From Cyanophora paradoxa CCMP329 (Eukaryota; Plantae; Glaucophyta), in the NCBI GenBank assembly GCA_004431415.1, contig QPMI01000555.1:20484-84483 (forward strand): a stretch of DNA of 64,000 nt. The letters run 5' to 3'. Made by a program: the position numbers and the translations under genes. Below, in pieces: positions 12,300-24,148 of this stretch (positions are counted from its first letter, which is position 1; the number at the start of each line of letters is the position of its first letter). The notes under the pieces were generated by a model. The model saw only the letters and a list, made by a program, of their open reading frames with translations, ran no database searches and was not told the origin of the DNA.

Positions 12300-15200
12300 T
12301 CACATGAGGGAGCAGGCGCCGCTCTTGCCGTGGTCCCTCTTGCGGGGCGGGGCGGCGGGGGCGGCCCCGGGGGGGTCCAGGGGCGGGGGCGCCGGCAGGG
12401 GCGGCGGGACGGCCTTCGAGCCCTTGCCCCTCTTCCCCCGCCGCGAGCCGCGGGCGGCGGCCGCCTCCAGCTCCGCGATCTCCCGCTCGAGCTGCGCACG
12501 ATCTCTCTCGCTTAGGGAGAGGGGGCGGGGCCCCGCGGCGGGGCCGGCGGGGGCGCGCTGGAGGGGTGGGGTGGGGGGGGGAGGGAGGAGAGGGGGTGGA
12601 GGGTGGGTGTGGGGAGGAGGGGAGCGGGGGGGTGGGGGTGGGGGTGGGGGGTGGGTGGGGGGGGTGGGGGGGTGGGGGCGTGCCTGCTCCAGCTCGCGGT
12701 CGCTGCCGGCGATCTCCGCCTGCAGCGCCCCCGCCCGCGCCTGCACTCATAATCATGATCCGCAACGGCCCCGCGTGAGCCCTGCGCGGCGGGTAGCGTC
12801 TGTGCGCACCGCGTCCGCGGCCGACGGGGCGGCGCCTCCTGCGGGCGCCGGCGTGGCGGGGGCGTGCAGCGCGGGCGGACCCTCCGGCTTCGCCTGCGCC
12901 GCGGCGGGGCGTCAGCTGCAGCGCGAGAGGCTTGTAGGGAGGGCGGGGCGGGGCTGGGGGCGGGCGGACCGGGGCGGCGGGGCCGGGTGCCCCCAGGGAC
13001 GAGAGCAGCGCGTCGAGGGACTGCCGGCGGGGTCGGAAGAAGATAAAGGGGGGGAAGGGGAGGAGGGAGGCGGGGGTACGGCACCGGGAAGAAGCCCTCG
13101 GGCTCCTCGGCGAAGAAAGGGAACTTGCGCGTTCGCGCCAGCGAGTACTCCAGCGACGCCGGCACCTGCCGCGCGGCCTCAAAAGGGGCGGGGCGGGGCG
13201 GGGGGCTCGCTCGCCTGGAGGCTGGAGAGGAGGAGGGGCCGGACGGGCCGCCCCGCCGCCCGCGCGCGCTGCGATGCGGGGGCGCCGTGAGGCGAGCGAA
13301 AGGCCGAGCGCAGGGGCGGGCGGGCCTGGAGGCGGTCGCGGAGGAGGGGGGAGGAGGCGGAGGCGGGCGAGAGGAGCGGCACGAAGGCCGCGCACGCCGC
13401 CAGCGCAGCGTCCGCCCCCGCCTCTCCCGTCGGGTCCGCGCCCTGCGCGGCTGTGAGGGAAGATGCGAGGGTGGGTGGGGGAGGACGGGGGGTGTGGGTA
13501 CAGGGCAGTGGAGCCAGCAGGGTACGCCGCGGAAGGCGAGGGCAGAGAGGAGGGAGGCGGCGTTGCGGGCGTCCTCGGGGAGGGCCCAGGCGAGCAGGAA
13601 GGGGGCCCGCCGGGGGTCGCAGCGCGCCTCGGGCCGCGCCAGCAGCGCCTGCGCACGGCTCAGAAATGAGGAGGGGAAGAGCGGGGAAGGTGAGGGGTGA
13701 GGGGCGGGCCCGGGCGGCGTCGGCGTCGGCGGCGTCGTCGGCGGCGGCGGCGGCCTCGAGGGCGCCCCGCACCTCCGCGAGGAAGGCGGGGAAGCCCGCC
13801 TCCAGCAGCGCCGGCCTGCGCCGGACCGGGGCGGCGCTCAGGCCGGGGAGGCTTGGATTGGGCCGGGCGGGGCGGGGGCACCGCGAGAGGTCGACGATGC
13901 GGCAGCCGCGGAGGAGGCCCTGCGGGGGGTACTGTGAGGAGGGGCGGCGGGGAGGGGGTACACGCGCACGGCGGGGCGGTCGTCGAGGGGGAAGGGCGCC
14001 TCGGCCCACACGGGGAAGATCGGTCGCCCCAGGTCTGGGGGCGCTGAGAGCGAAGAGGTCCAGGCCGCAGGGAGGGCGCACCGCGGGCGCGGGAGAGCTC
14101 GAGCATGCACCAGTCCGACGCGCACGAGTGCTGCGGGAGGGGGGCGCCGCGATCAGAAGCGGAAGAGGCGGGGGAGGGGGCGCGGCGCAGCGCCCGCCTT
14201 GGAGGCGACGAAGAGGACGGCGCGGGCCGCCTTGATCCCCGCCCCGATCTGCTCCCGCCACTGCGCGCGGCTTTCAGGGGCGCCTCAGAGGGCGTTGCGG
14301 AGGCGTAGGGGCGCGCGCCTCCGTTCCGGCCTCGATGCCTGCCGGCCGCGGGGCGGAGCGAACTCGAGGTCAGGGGCGAAGCCAACTGCGAATCGAATCG
14401 CGTACCCGTCGCCTTCATCTCGTCCATCTGGCGGCGGGCAGCGCGCGTCAGCCTCGGAACGAGGGCGGAGGAGGGAATGAAAACAAAGGCGCACCCAGCA
14501 CTGCGTGGGCGAGGGTCGTGGGAGGCGCGTGCGGGGCGGAGTGAGGCCGGAGCGGAAGCCGAAGCTAGAGAGACCAGGAGAGAAATGGGGGGTACAACGG
14601 ACCGAGACCTGCTCGGCCTGGAGGCGGTCCCTCAGCTGCGCCGTGAACCGCGCCACCTCCGGCGGGTGGTGCCCGTACCTGCGTGCGTGCAGCGCGGGCG
14701 GGGGCTCAGGAAGAGAAGGAAAAGCGAGGGGGGGAGGGGAAATGAGAGGGGGGTACGCACGAGATGAAGGCGTCGCGGACGGCGGCGGCGCGCTTCAGCT
14801 GCGCGCGGTACGCCGCGTCCCGCGTCCCGTCCAGCACAGCCCTGCCGGAGCCGTTGAGGAGGGAATTCTTGGGCTTGTTCCTAGCCGTAACGCACCGCTG
14901 CTTCCCGCCGTCGGCCCCGCCGACCTGCCGCCCGATGTCCGCCCCTGCGCAGCAGCAGCAGCGGAGGCGCTCAGATCCAGCGAAAGAAAGGCGATATCAA
15001 ATAATCTCAAGAGCGGGGCGGGCCCTTCTGGAGGAGGAGTGCGCAGACGTCGAAGAGGGCGGGCCCGAAGGCGACGGCCCGCGAGAGCGCCGTCTCCTCC
15101 GCCGCGTCCGCCGCGCTGCGCGGGGGGCCCAGCGAGGCAAAGTCAAACAAATCTAAGCCTAGCCTAGGTCCAGTCCAGTTAGCCTAGCCTCAGCTAGTTA

Positions 15201-18200
15201 GGCTGGTCTAAGTTAGTTAAGGCGAAGCTTAAGCTCAGTTAAGATAAGCGCTGCGAGAGAGGCTCAGTGCGGGCCAAGTTGGGCGAGAGGTTCAGTTAGT
15301 TAGACTAGCCTAAGCAACCTAAATCTCGCACTCGACGGTCTCCGGGGTGGCGGCGGCGGCGAGGCGGAGGGCGGTGAGGCGGAGGCCGACGCGGCAGGCG
15401 GCGTGCAGCGGCGTCTCCCGGTCCCGCGCGTCCGCCTCCGCGGGGTCCTCGCGCTCCGCCTCCTCCTCCTCCTCCTCCTGGCCCCTGCAGCCCCGCCCGC
15501 CCGGCACGGGGCCGCTCAGCACACGCCGGCAATGACAGGAACCAAATCTAAGGCGCACTTCGCTTTCTTCTTCGTCTTCTTGGGGTCCTCGGGCGGCTCG
15601 GGCTCGACGCGGCCCTCGAGCCGCAGCACGCGCGCCGCCGCCGCCACCAGCGGCCCCCGCGCGTCCCCGCCCGTCTCCTCCGGCTTCAGCGCGTGGATCT
15701 CGCTGCGGCGCCGTCAGCCAGCGGCACCCTCTAGCTTTCCTGCGCGCTCGCCTGAGGCGTATCGGGCCGCGGCAGCAGAGGAGGAGGTCGGCCCACTGGC
15801 GGGCGTCCTCGGCCGCCATCTCGGACCCGTCCCGCATCGCCTCCCCCAGCGCCGTCGAGTACCTGCCCGCCCCGAGCTTCAGAGGGGGCGGGGCCGAGGG
15901 GCCTGGGGTTGAAGGCGGGACCCTTTGGCGCGGCCGGAGAGGCTGCCGTCGGCGTCGCGGCGGACGGCGGGCCAGGCGAAGCCCTCCGCCGAGACCTCCT
16001 TCAGCTCGTCCTCCAGCAGGACCCTGGGGAAGGGTTTCAGGGGGCACGGGAGGGACGGGGGAAGAGCGGAGCGCCCACCCGAGGATGTCGCGGGTCTCGG
16101 GGCCGCGGCGGTACCGCCCGCCGCCGCCCGAGCCGCAGGCGGCGGCGACGATCTCGCCCTCGTGCGCGTGGCGCCCGGCCCCGCGGCCCATCAGCAGCCG
16201 CAGCAGCTCGAGGTCGGCGGCCGCCGCCGCGATCGCCGCGGCGCTCCGGCCCTCCGCGTCGCGCGCGCCGATGTCGGCGCCGGCGTCGAGCAGCGCCCGG
16301 ACCGTCTCGAGGCCATCCTCGCCCTTGCTCGCGGCGACGGCGACGGCGACGAGCAGCGGCGTCCGCCCGCGGGCCTCGCCCCGGCCGCGGCCGCGGCCCC
16401 TCCCCTCCTCGTCATTCTCCGCGTCCTTCGCCTCCAGCGCCGCGCCCCGCTCGATCAGGAAGCTGCGAGAGGGGCGTGAGGGGCGGATGCACGCAGAAGA
16501 ACCGACGGGCGCGACGCAAGGGAAGGGCGCACCGGACGGTCTCGGCCCCCGCCTCCGCGTTGCCCGCCGCAAGGTGCAGCGCTGCGGAGGCGGCGGCGTG
16601 CTCAAGCCGCGCAGAGGCGTGAGGGCGGGGCGCGCGCGCGTGCGCACGGGAGGAGCCCTCGCAGTACTCGTTGACGTCCGCCCCGTTGTCGAGGATGAGC
16701 CTGCAGGCGCAGCCGCCGGTCGACGTCGCCCAAGGCCCGGGCAGGCCAGGCCAGCGAGCGGGCCGGCCGGCGGGGCGCGCACCGGAGGCAGGCGTCGAAG
16801 TCCTCCGCGGACTCGCCGTGCTCGCGCCGGCCCATCAGGAGCTTGTGCAGGAGCGTCTCGCCCTGCCCCGCAGAATCTCAGAATCTCATCTAAAAGTGGG
16901 GAGGGGCCCGGGGCGCGCTCGGATGTGGGGCCCGCCGCGCTCCTCGTCAGAGAGGTACGCGGGGTTCGTGTCGACCTTTCGCTCCAGGAACCACCTGCGC
17001 GGAAGGCGTCGGAAGCTCAAGCGAGGCGAAGGCGGGGCTGGGGAGGGGTACGCGGACCTGGCGACGGAGTAGACGCCGCGCGCGAGTGCGAAGGCGAGCG
17101 CCTGAGCCACGGCGGGGTGCCGCGTCGGCAGCCGCAGCCCCGCCTCCTCCAGCGCCCTGGGTACGGTGATGCAGGCCTGGGTATGGCGCGAAAGGCAGGG
17201 GAGGGGGTGGGAGGGGGTACGGGTACGCACGCGAGGATGGTGAGGCGGTTTTTCGTGTACATGCCCGAGACCTGCGGCCGGGTGAGAACGAAGAGAAAGG
17301 GGCCCCGACGGGGCTCGAACCTGGTAGAGGAGGTTCTGCTCGATGGTGCACTTGTCCTGCCAGCCGTAGAAGGGGTCGGCCCCCGCCCGCAGAAGCTCCC
17401 TGCGAGGGCGGCGTGGGCCGAACGAACAAAGAGGAACGAGACTAACGATAACAAGAGGAGATCTAGACAAATCAAAGCACTGCAGGGTCTTGAGCATCAG
17501 AGGCTCCTTCTCGCGGGCGCTCGAGGCGAGCGGCCGCATAATGGGCGTCCGGTTCGACGCGTCCGCCTGGTTTATCGGCGCCCCCGCCTCCAGCAGCGCC
17601 CTTCTCTCTCGGGTCAGACGGCGGCTCGGACGCTCAGGCGGCAAAGACGGCTCGGACGGCGCACCGGACGGAGGGTATGTCGAAGTTGAATGCGGTGGCG
17701 TGCAGGGCGGGGCACCACGCCGAGTCCAGCACGCCGCTTGCTTTCAGGGCCTGCCGGGGTACCGGGCCGCGCGCGTCAGGGCGGTCTGCGCGCCGCCGAT
17801 CGCGAGGGGGGTACGTGTACGCGCCTTGGGGTTCGCGGGGTCGGCCCCGCACTGCAGGAGGGCCCGCACGGCCTCCAGGCGCCCCTCCTTCGCCGCGAGG
17901 CCTGCCCAGATCGGATGTTGGCGCCGATTCGAGGGCCGGGGGCGCAGGGGGCCGGGTACTGACCGAGGGCGCTGTTGAGGCCGGAGTCGGGGCGGTCGAC
18001 GGGCGCCCCGCGCGAGGCGAGGAGGCGGACCACCGCCACGTGGCCGCCCCGCGCCGCCCGCTCCAGCGCCGAGTAGCCCGCCAGCACGTACTCGGGCGGG
18101 GGCGGCCGCCCCTCCGCCTCGTCCTCCTCCTCCTGCTCCGGCGTGCGCCTGGGCGGGGGCACCCCCTCGACCTCGCCGGGGTCCGCCCCCCTCTCCAGCA

Positions 18201-18912
18201 GCTCCCGCACGCAGCCGAGGTGCCCGTTGCCCGCCGCCATCAGCAGCGGCGTGAGCCACGCGCTGTTCTCCTTCACGCGGCGTCGCGGGTCGGCGCCGGC
18301 GTCGAGGGCGACGCGGAGGCAGGCGGCCGAGCCCTCGCGCGCGGAGCCCGCCGCGATGCTCTCGACCACCTCCGCGGGGGGCGCCGCCCTCGCCACCAGC
18401 TCCCTGCGCGCCCGCCCGCCGCCCCTCAGAAAGACAGAGAGAGAGAGAGGCGGCCCGAAGACCTAGACCGCGGGGGAGGGGTGCACCGGAGGACTTCGAA
18501 GTGGCCGCCCAGCGCGGCCAGCTCGTAGGGCCCCGCCTTGTGCCCGTGCCGCGCCCCCGGCGAGGCGCCCCGCGCCAGCAGCTCCCTGGCCCCGCCCGCC
18601 GCCTGTCAGAAAGACAGGCGAGAAAGAGAGAGGGCGCGCGGGCCTCCTCAGAGAGAGATTGCGCACCGGACGAGCTCAAGGTCGCCGCGCTCGGCGGCGA
18701 GGGGCAGCGCCGCCTCAGGCGCCCTCGCCCCTTCCTCCTCCACAGCGTACGCCGCGTCGTCCACGGGGCAGCCGAGCTCCAGGAGCGCCCTGGCAGCAAG
18801 CGCGTAAAGGGACCAGCGGGCACCGGGGCGGGCGGAAGGGACGGCGCGCGCACACTGAGACTCCTCGCGGCCCAGGCCCCACTGGATGAGCGTCTAGCGG
18901 CGTCGCCGCCAT
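12300..18912 (-). CDS. Ankyrin-repeat - TIR - pseudo-TIR - coiled-coil - CaaX protein (complete copy, many short exons)
   Basis: ATG 18912. Ankyrin motifs include LPLAAERGDLELVRELLARGA, TPLLMAAGNGHLGCVRELLERGAD, SALERAARGGHVAVVRLL, GRTPLLVA and ETPLHAAC. TIR at ~14780-13760 splices to DAFISYGHHPPEVARFTAQLRDRLQAEQVSCWMDEMKATGIEAGTEWREQIGAGIKAARAVLFVASKHSCASDWCMLELSRARDLGRPIFPVW. A second TIR-like domain lies at ~13640-13090. The C-terminus reads LEREIAELE...RRGKRGK...GACSLM*. Confidence 0.85.
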
Positions 18913-20691
18913 GTCTAGCGGCGCGGGGCCCGGGTCCCGCGAGTGATCGGAACCGGCGATGTACCGCAATTGCAAGTTTGCGTCGGCGTGCGGCGCGTCG
19001 AGCAGCGCGCTGCAAGCGGAGAAAGATCGAAAGTCAGCGCCAGGCTCAAGCCCGAAGCTAAGAGGCGCGGCGCTGGGAGGCGTACCGTGCCGCATATGCA
19101 TGCGCAGCGCCTGGAGAAGCACGGCCTGGGCCGCCTCACGGATCGACGCCTGGCGTGCAATCCATTTGCATCATGGCATCGAGCCACGCGCGCGCGCCGC
19201 GGGGCGCGCGCCGTAAGCTGTAACTCGGCGGCGCCGCACGAGCTCGCAAGCACTGCGAGCCGCGACGGTTATTCAAGTGCAGAAAGACGACATAGAGAGA
19301 GCGCACCGGCAACCACCTCATGATCAGAGCGCATTGCGAAGCCCGAGGAGCGAAGCGAACGGGCGAGCGCGGTACCCCAAGCCGGCGCAAAAAAGATCGT
19401 GCGTGACAGCATCTCGCTCCACAGCGTGCGGGCGAGCAGCTGGACGGGAGAATGCGCTCATTCGCGGTTCCAGAGCACGATTGGCCTGTCTCGGAAGCGC
19501 CGCCCACGGCAATCCCGCCTCGCAAGCCGCCGCCTCGCACGCCGCCGCCTCGTGCCCCGCCTTGAGGAACCTTCGAGCACGTTGAGCTGCCTTCTTGGAT
19601 CGTCCGCAGCCGGCTGAACCGCGCGCGGTCTGCAAACAGCTAGGGCTGCATCGCAGCTAGGGCGGCATGAGCCGCCTGCAGCTGTCGATTCATTCGCGAT
19701 CCTGAGCGTGCTCTGGTCGGTCACCCCTGCACCCGTTCTCGGCGGCGCGCAGTATCTCACCCGTACGCGTGCACCCATCGCGCAGAGCTAGCGGGCCGCC
19801 CGGCATCCGGTGATGCGGATGTAGGTGCTCGTCGCACGCTGCTCTTGCTGGTGAGCGGATCCGAAGCCCGTGGCCGCGGCCGCGCGCGTCTCACCCGAAC
19901 CACGCAGCCTGTCATCCTTCGCGCGGGGCGGAGACTCGCAGCCTGAGGGCTGCGTGGTTCGGGTGAGAGACGCGCTTCCCTGGCGCCTGCTCGCAGCTGC
20001 GTGAGGAGGATTGGCGCTACTGATCCGCCGCGCGGCTCGCCGCCCCCGAGCCGCGGCCGCCATTCCACCGCGCCCCGCCCCGCCCCGCCGGCGCCGTCGC
20101 CCCGCTGTCCGGCGGCCCCAGCCCACTGCTCCGGCTCCAGTCGTCAGCTAGCGCCAGGCCAGCGCCTCTCTTTCTACGTTCAGTGCCTCCGCCCGCCGCT
20201 CCCAGCGGCACTGTGCCGCGGCCGGCTTCTAGCGCTAGCACGCTGCCCCAACGTTTACCACTATCGAGTTTCCGCGTGCTGTAGCCTATAGCTATGTCAC
20301 ATCATGTTCTGCAGGCTGCAGCTATGTGAAAAGCGGCTTTGTGTGAAAAGCGGACCCTGCGGGATCCGAGCTCGGTACCGAAAAAACCGGGACGCCATAG
20401 TAAAAAACCGGGACATGTCCCCGGTTTTTACTATGGCGGCGGCCGGATCAAGTTGCAAACTGGCCCATACAAAAAACCGGGACGGGAGTCGCCTCCTTTT
20501 CGCGGCGAAATGGAAGGCCCGAAACTGAGGCCGCGGGGGGCGAGCGCAAAACGTTAACGCGAGCGCAATCATGATCATGATCACTTGGGGCGCCGCCCAC
20601 AGCTGCAGGCCAGCTGGTCCCTAGCGCTAGCCTCAGCCTGGCAGGGCTTCAGCCTGGCGGCCCGCCGGGCCGGGCTTAGGGCTGGCCCGGG
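13033..20691. repeat. Segmental duplication copy 1 (partner 32686-38545 joined to 48506-50238)
   Basis: Collinear match including introns. The partner is interrupted by 9,960 bp. Confidence 0.95.
20393..20438. repeat. 46-bp near-perfect palindrome with flanking AAAAAACCGGGAC repeats (second copy 49943-49988); likely DNA-transposon subterminal remnant
   Basis: cgccatagtaaaaaaccgggacatgtccccggtttttactatggcg; the aaaaaaccgggac motif also occurs at 20381 and ~20472. Confidence 0.8.
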
Positions 20692-21070
20692 GCCGCACAG
20701 CTGCAGGGCTGGCCCGGGGCCGCACAGCTGCAGGGCTCGGCCTGGCGGACCGGGCTCAGAGGGCCCGCCGGGCGTTCTAGCTATAGATCTTGGCAGCAGG
20801 GCTGGCCCGGCAGAGGGCCCGGGGCAGCGCCCGCCGGCGCCCCTCTCCCGAGACCCCGAATTCTGTAGCTTCCCGCACGCGCCAAAAAGCCCGCATTTCT
20901 CAACTCATTTCTCTTATGCATTTCTCAATTGATTCTTCTTATGGCCGCCCCCAAAACACGGCCGGCGGTTCTTAGGGCCCTTGTGCATTTTTCAATTAAT
21001 TTTTCTTATGGCCGCCCCCCGGCCGCCCCCCCACGCCACCAAATATTTTAGTAAATCCTGTAACAGCGGC

Positions 21071-21393
21071 TCACATGAGGGAGCAGGCGCCGCTCTTGCC
21101 GTGGTCCCTCTTGCGGGGCGGGGCGGCGGGGGCGGCCCCGGGGGGGGTCCAGGGGCGGGGGCGCCGGCAGGGGCGGCGGGACGGCCCTCGAGCCCTTGCC
21201 CCTCTTCCCCCGCCGCGAGCCGCGGGCGGCGGCCGCCTCCAGCTCCGCAATCTCCCGCTCCAGCTGCGCGCGATCTCTCTCGCTCAGGAAGAGGGGCGGG
21301 GGCCCGCGGCGGGGCCGGCGGGCGCGCGCGCGCGCCTGCTCGAGCTCGCGGTCGCTGCCGGCGATCTCCGCCTGCAGCGCCCCCGCCCGCGCC
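21071..21393 (-). pseudogene. 3' fragment of ANK-TIR gene (coiled coil + CaaX exons)
   Basis: Matches 12300-12745 and ends GACSLM*. Confidence 0.85.
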
Positions 21394-21524
21394 TGCGCCG
21401 GACAACGGCCCCTTGTGAGCCCTTTCGGACAGGCGCGCGGCGGGCGGCGCTTGCGCCCACCGCGACTCCGGGAGTCCGGGTCCACCCCGAGTCCGGCCGG
21501 CCCGGCGGAGCAGCACTGCGCATG

Positions 21525-22075
21525 CGGCAGGAGTACAAGTACGGAATGAATCCTCGCGATCGGACCCGGGGACGAGTCTCGCGATCGTTATGAAGAGGTG
21601 GCAGAGGTGCGCTGCTGGTCGTGACTCGTGACCGCTAGCGCTGTCTGCCCGACTAATTAGTTATAATTGCGCATGCAAGAACCACCGCGATCGACTCGCG
21701 CTCGAGCTCGCGCTCACGCCTGGGGCCCGGCAGGCCCTGAGGACCAGGAATATATGCGGGCCGGGCTTGCGCGTGGAGCGCGCATCATGATCATGATCAG
21801 GACGCGTACGCGTTCCCGCTTGATGTAGATGCGACTTGTATTCGTGCGCGTGCACGTGCGCATGCCGCTGGAATTTGAAGCGCGTGAAAGCTAAGATCGA
21901 TATCGATATCGAATCCGCATCTGACGCACGTACAGCTGCAGGGGCCGGCCGGCCCAGCGGGAAGCTGTACATGTGGCGCCGGCGGCGAGCCAGTCGGTGC
22001 AGCATGCGCAAGAGCTGGCGGCGTTGGCGCGCGCGATATTGATGACGGTCACCTATCTTCGATTTCAACGCCTTG
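21525..22075 (+). pseudogene. Degenerate partial copy of the 11342-12136 gene
   Basis: Shares caggagta...ggaatgaatcctcg...tatgaagaggtg and downstream blocks, with many small insertions. Confidence 0.7.
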
Positions 22076-22255
22076 AGTGGGGCAGCCTCGTCAAACGCGG
22101 GGGGGCGTCGGCGGGGGCGTACGCGTGCCGAGCTGCAGCGTGGGTACGGCGCGGCCACATGTCACAGTGTGCACTAGAAGATAAATCAATATACGTATCC
22201 GTAATCACAATAAATCGTATAACAGTAGAACCCACGCCCGGGACAACCGGGAGCC

Positions 22256-23600
22256 TCACATGAGGGAGCAGGCGCCGCTCTTGCCGTGGTCCCTCTTGCG
22301 GGGCGGGGCGGCCGGGGCGGCCCCGGGGGGTCGACGTCCAGGGCGGGGGCGCCGGCAGGGCGGCGGGACGGTCTTCGAGCCCTTGCCCCTCTTCCCCCGC
22401 CGGAAAATCGCGGGGGTGGGGGTAGGCTCTTGTCGTCAGATCGACCCGACCCGAGGTTGATGTGCGGATTTCCGCTTTTTTGATCTGATCTTCTCGATTT
22501 TCGGTGCGGTTTTCGCATCGGCGGAGTCGAAAACCCTTCAAGGCTTATTAGTCACAGAAGGGACGGGCTTGCACTTTAATTTCCTCGGTGAAGGCGCGAA
22601 GCGCCTGGAAGGGAGGGCGCGAAGCGCCTGAAAGCTCGGCGCTTTTTCGCTTAGTTTAGGTCGTTTTTTGCTGTAGAATCACAGGTACCCCCTCCCACTG
22701 GCGCCACTGAGTGGGGTGCCAGTGGGGGGGGGCCACTGACTCAGTGGGGTCGGACCCCCACTACGCCCACCCCTAGCCGCGGGCGGCGGCCGCCTCCAGC
22801 TCCGCGATCTCCCGCTCCAGCTGCGCGCGATCTCTCTCGCTTAGGGAGAGGGGGCGGGCCCCGCGCGGGGCCGGCGGGGGGGCGCGCGCCTGCTCGAGCT
22901 CGCGGTCGCTGCCGGCGATCTCCGCCTGCAGCGCCCCCGCCCGCGCCTGCGCCGGACAACGGCCCCGCGTGAGGTCTTTGGGGCAGACGCGCCAGCGGCT
23001 GGACTCGCGCACCGCGTCCGGGGCCGACGGGGCGGCGCCTCCGGCGGGCGCCGACGTGGCGGGGGCGTGCAGCGCGGGCGGACCCTCCGGCTTCGCCTGC
23101 GCCGCGGCGGGGCGTCAGCTGCAGCGCGAGAGGCTTGTGAGGGAGGGCGGGGCGGGGCGGGCGGACCGGGGCGACGGGGGCCGGTGCCCCCAGGGACGAG
23201 AGCAGCGCGTCGAGGGACTGCCGGCGAGGTCGAAGGAAGAAGAAGCGGGGGGGGGAAGAAGGCGGGGGTACGGCACCGGGAAGAAGGCCTCGGGCTCGTC
23301 GGCGAAGAAGGGGAACTTGCGCGTGCGCGCCAGCGAGTACTCCAGCGACGCCGGCACCTGCCGCGCGGCCTCAAAAGGTGCGGGGCGGGGCGGGGTGCGC
23401 GCTCGCCTGGAGGCTGGAGAGGAGGATCGGGAGGGGCCGCGGCCGGACGGGCCGCCCCGCTGCCCGGGCGCGCTGCGGGGGCGCCGTGCCACGGTGAGCG
23501 AATTAAAGCAGAGCGGAGCGGAGCAAAGGGGCGGGCAGGCCTGCATGGAGGCGGTCGCGGAGCTTGAGGAGGCCTAGGGGGGAGGAGGCGGAGGCCGCGC
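22256..23600 (-). pseudogene. Longer 3' fragment of ANK-TIR gene (end of pseudo-TIR to CaaX), interrupted by insertion 22403-22774
   Basis: Matches 12300-13380 (VPASLEYSLARTRKFPFFADEPEAFFP; GACSLM*). Confidence 0.85.
22403..22774. mobile_element. ~370-bp inserted non-autonomous element fragment
   Basis: Absent at the homologous site (cttcccccgccg...gccgcggg) in copies at 12440 and 21215. Contains ggcgcgaagcgcc twice and cccact/agtggg repeats, and ends ...cccaccccta (hAT-like terminus). Confidence 0.55.
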
Positions 23601-24148
23601 CAGCGAGAGGAGCGCGCGGCACGCAGCCCAGTCGACGTCCCCCTCGAGCTCTGAGCCGGCTGAAAAGCTTCGAAATCGATAGGTGAGCAACGCGATATGC
23701 ACCGAACTGCGCTCCCCGCACTGCTAGAGCCTGCCCCTCCCCCCGGCGTGTCTGTAGCGCTGTACCCCCTCTTAGTAGGAAAAAAAAGAGTAACAGGAGT
23801 AGTAGGAGTAAGGTAAAAGTAAAGCGCCAGCCAGCCGCTGAGCCAGCCAGGCCTCGCGCTAGCGCTGGCCGGGGTCCGGGGCCGGCCGCGGCCTATAGGC
23901 CGGAGCTCGCGATCGAGGGCCGGGCCCAGCCGCGGCCTATAGCTACTGGCGGCCAGCCTCCAGCTAGGAGCCGATGACTTGGTCAGGCCAGCTGGCCAGC
24001 TCAAGCCGGGGGGCCGGGGCCGGCCGCGCGCGGTCCTATAGGCTATATATAGCTACTGGCGGCCAGCCTCCAGCTACCGTGTAACACTTATTTACTGCGC
24101 CACAAATTACTGCGTTCTAAAATAACACTGGCGGCCAGCCTCCAGCTA

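Noticed and set aside
16085-17689. 534-aa plus-strand ORF (and 35678-37276)
   Set aside because: Antisense shadow of the GC-rich ankyrin exons; low-complexity R/A/P/G content.
18961-20300. Separate gene upstream of the ANK-TIR gene
   Set aside because: No consistent exon chain or recognisable motif could be assembled on either strand.
20362-20379. ggatccgagctcggtacc matches a BamHI-SacI-KpnI vector polylinker
   Set aside because: Only 18 bp, present in both copies of a genomic duplication, with no other vector sequence. The genome is rich in such palindromes.
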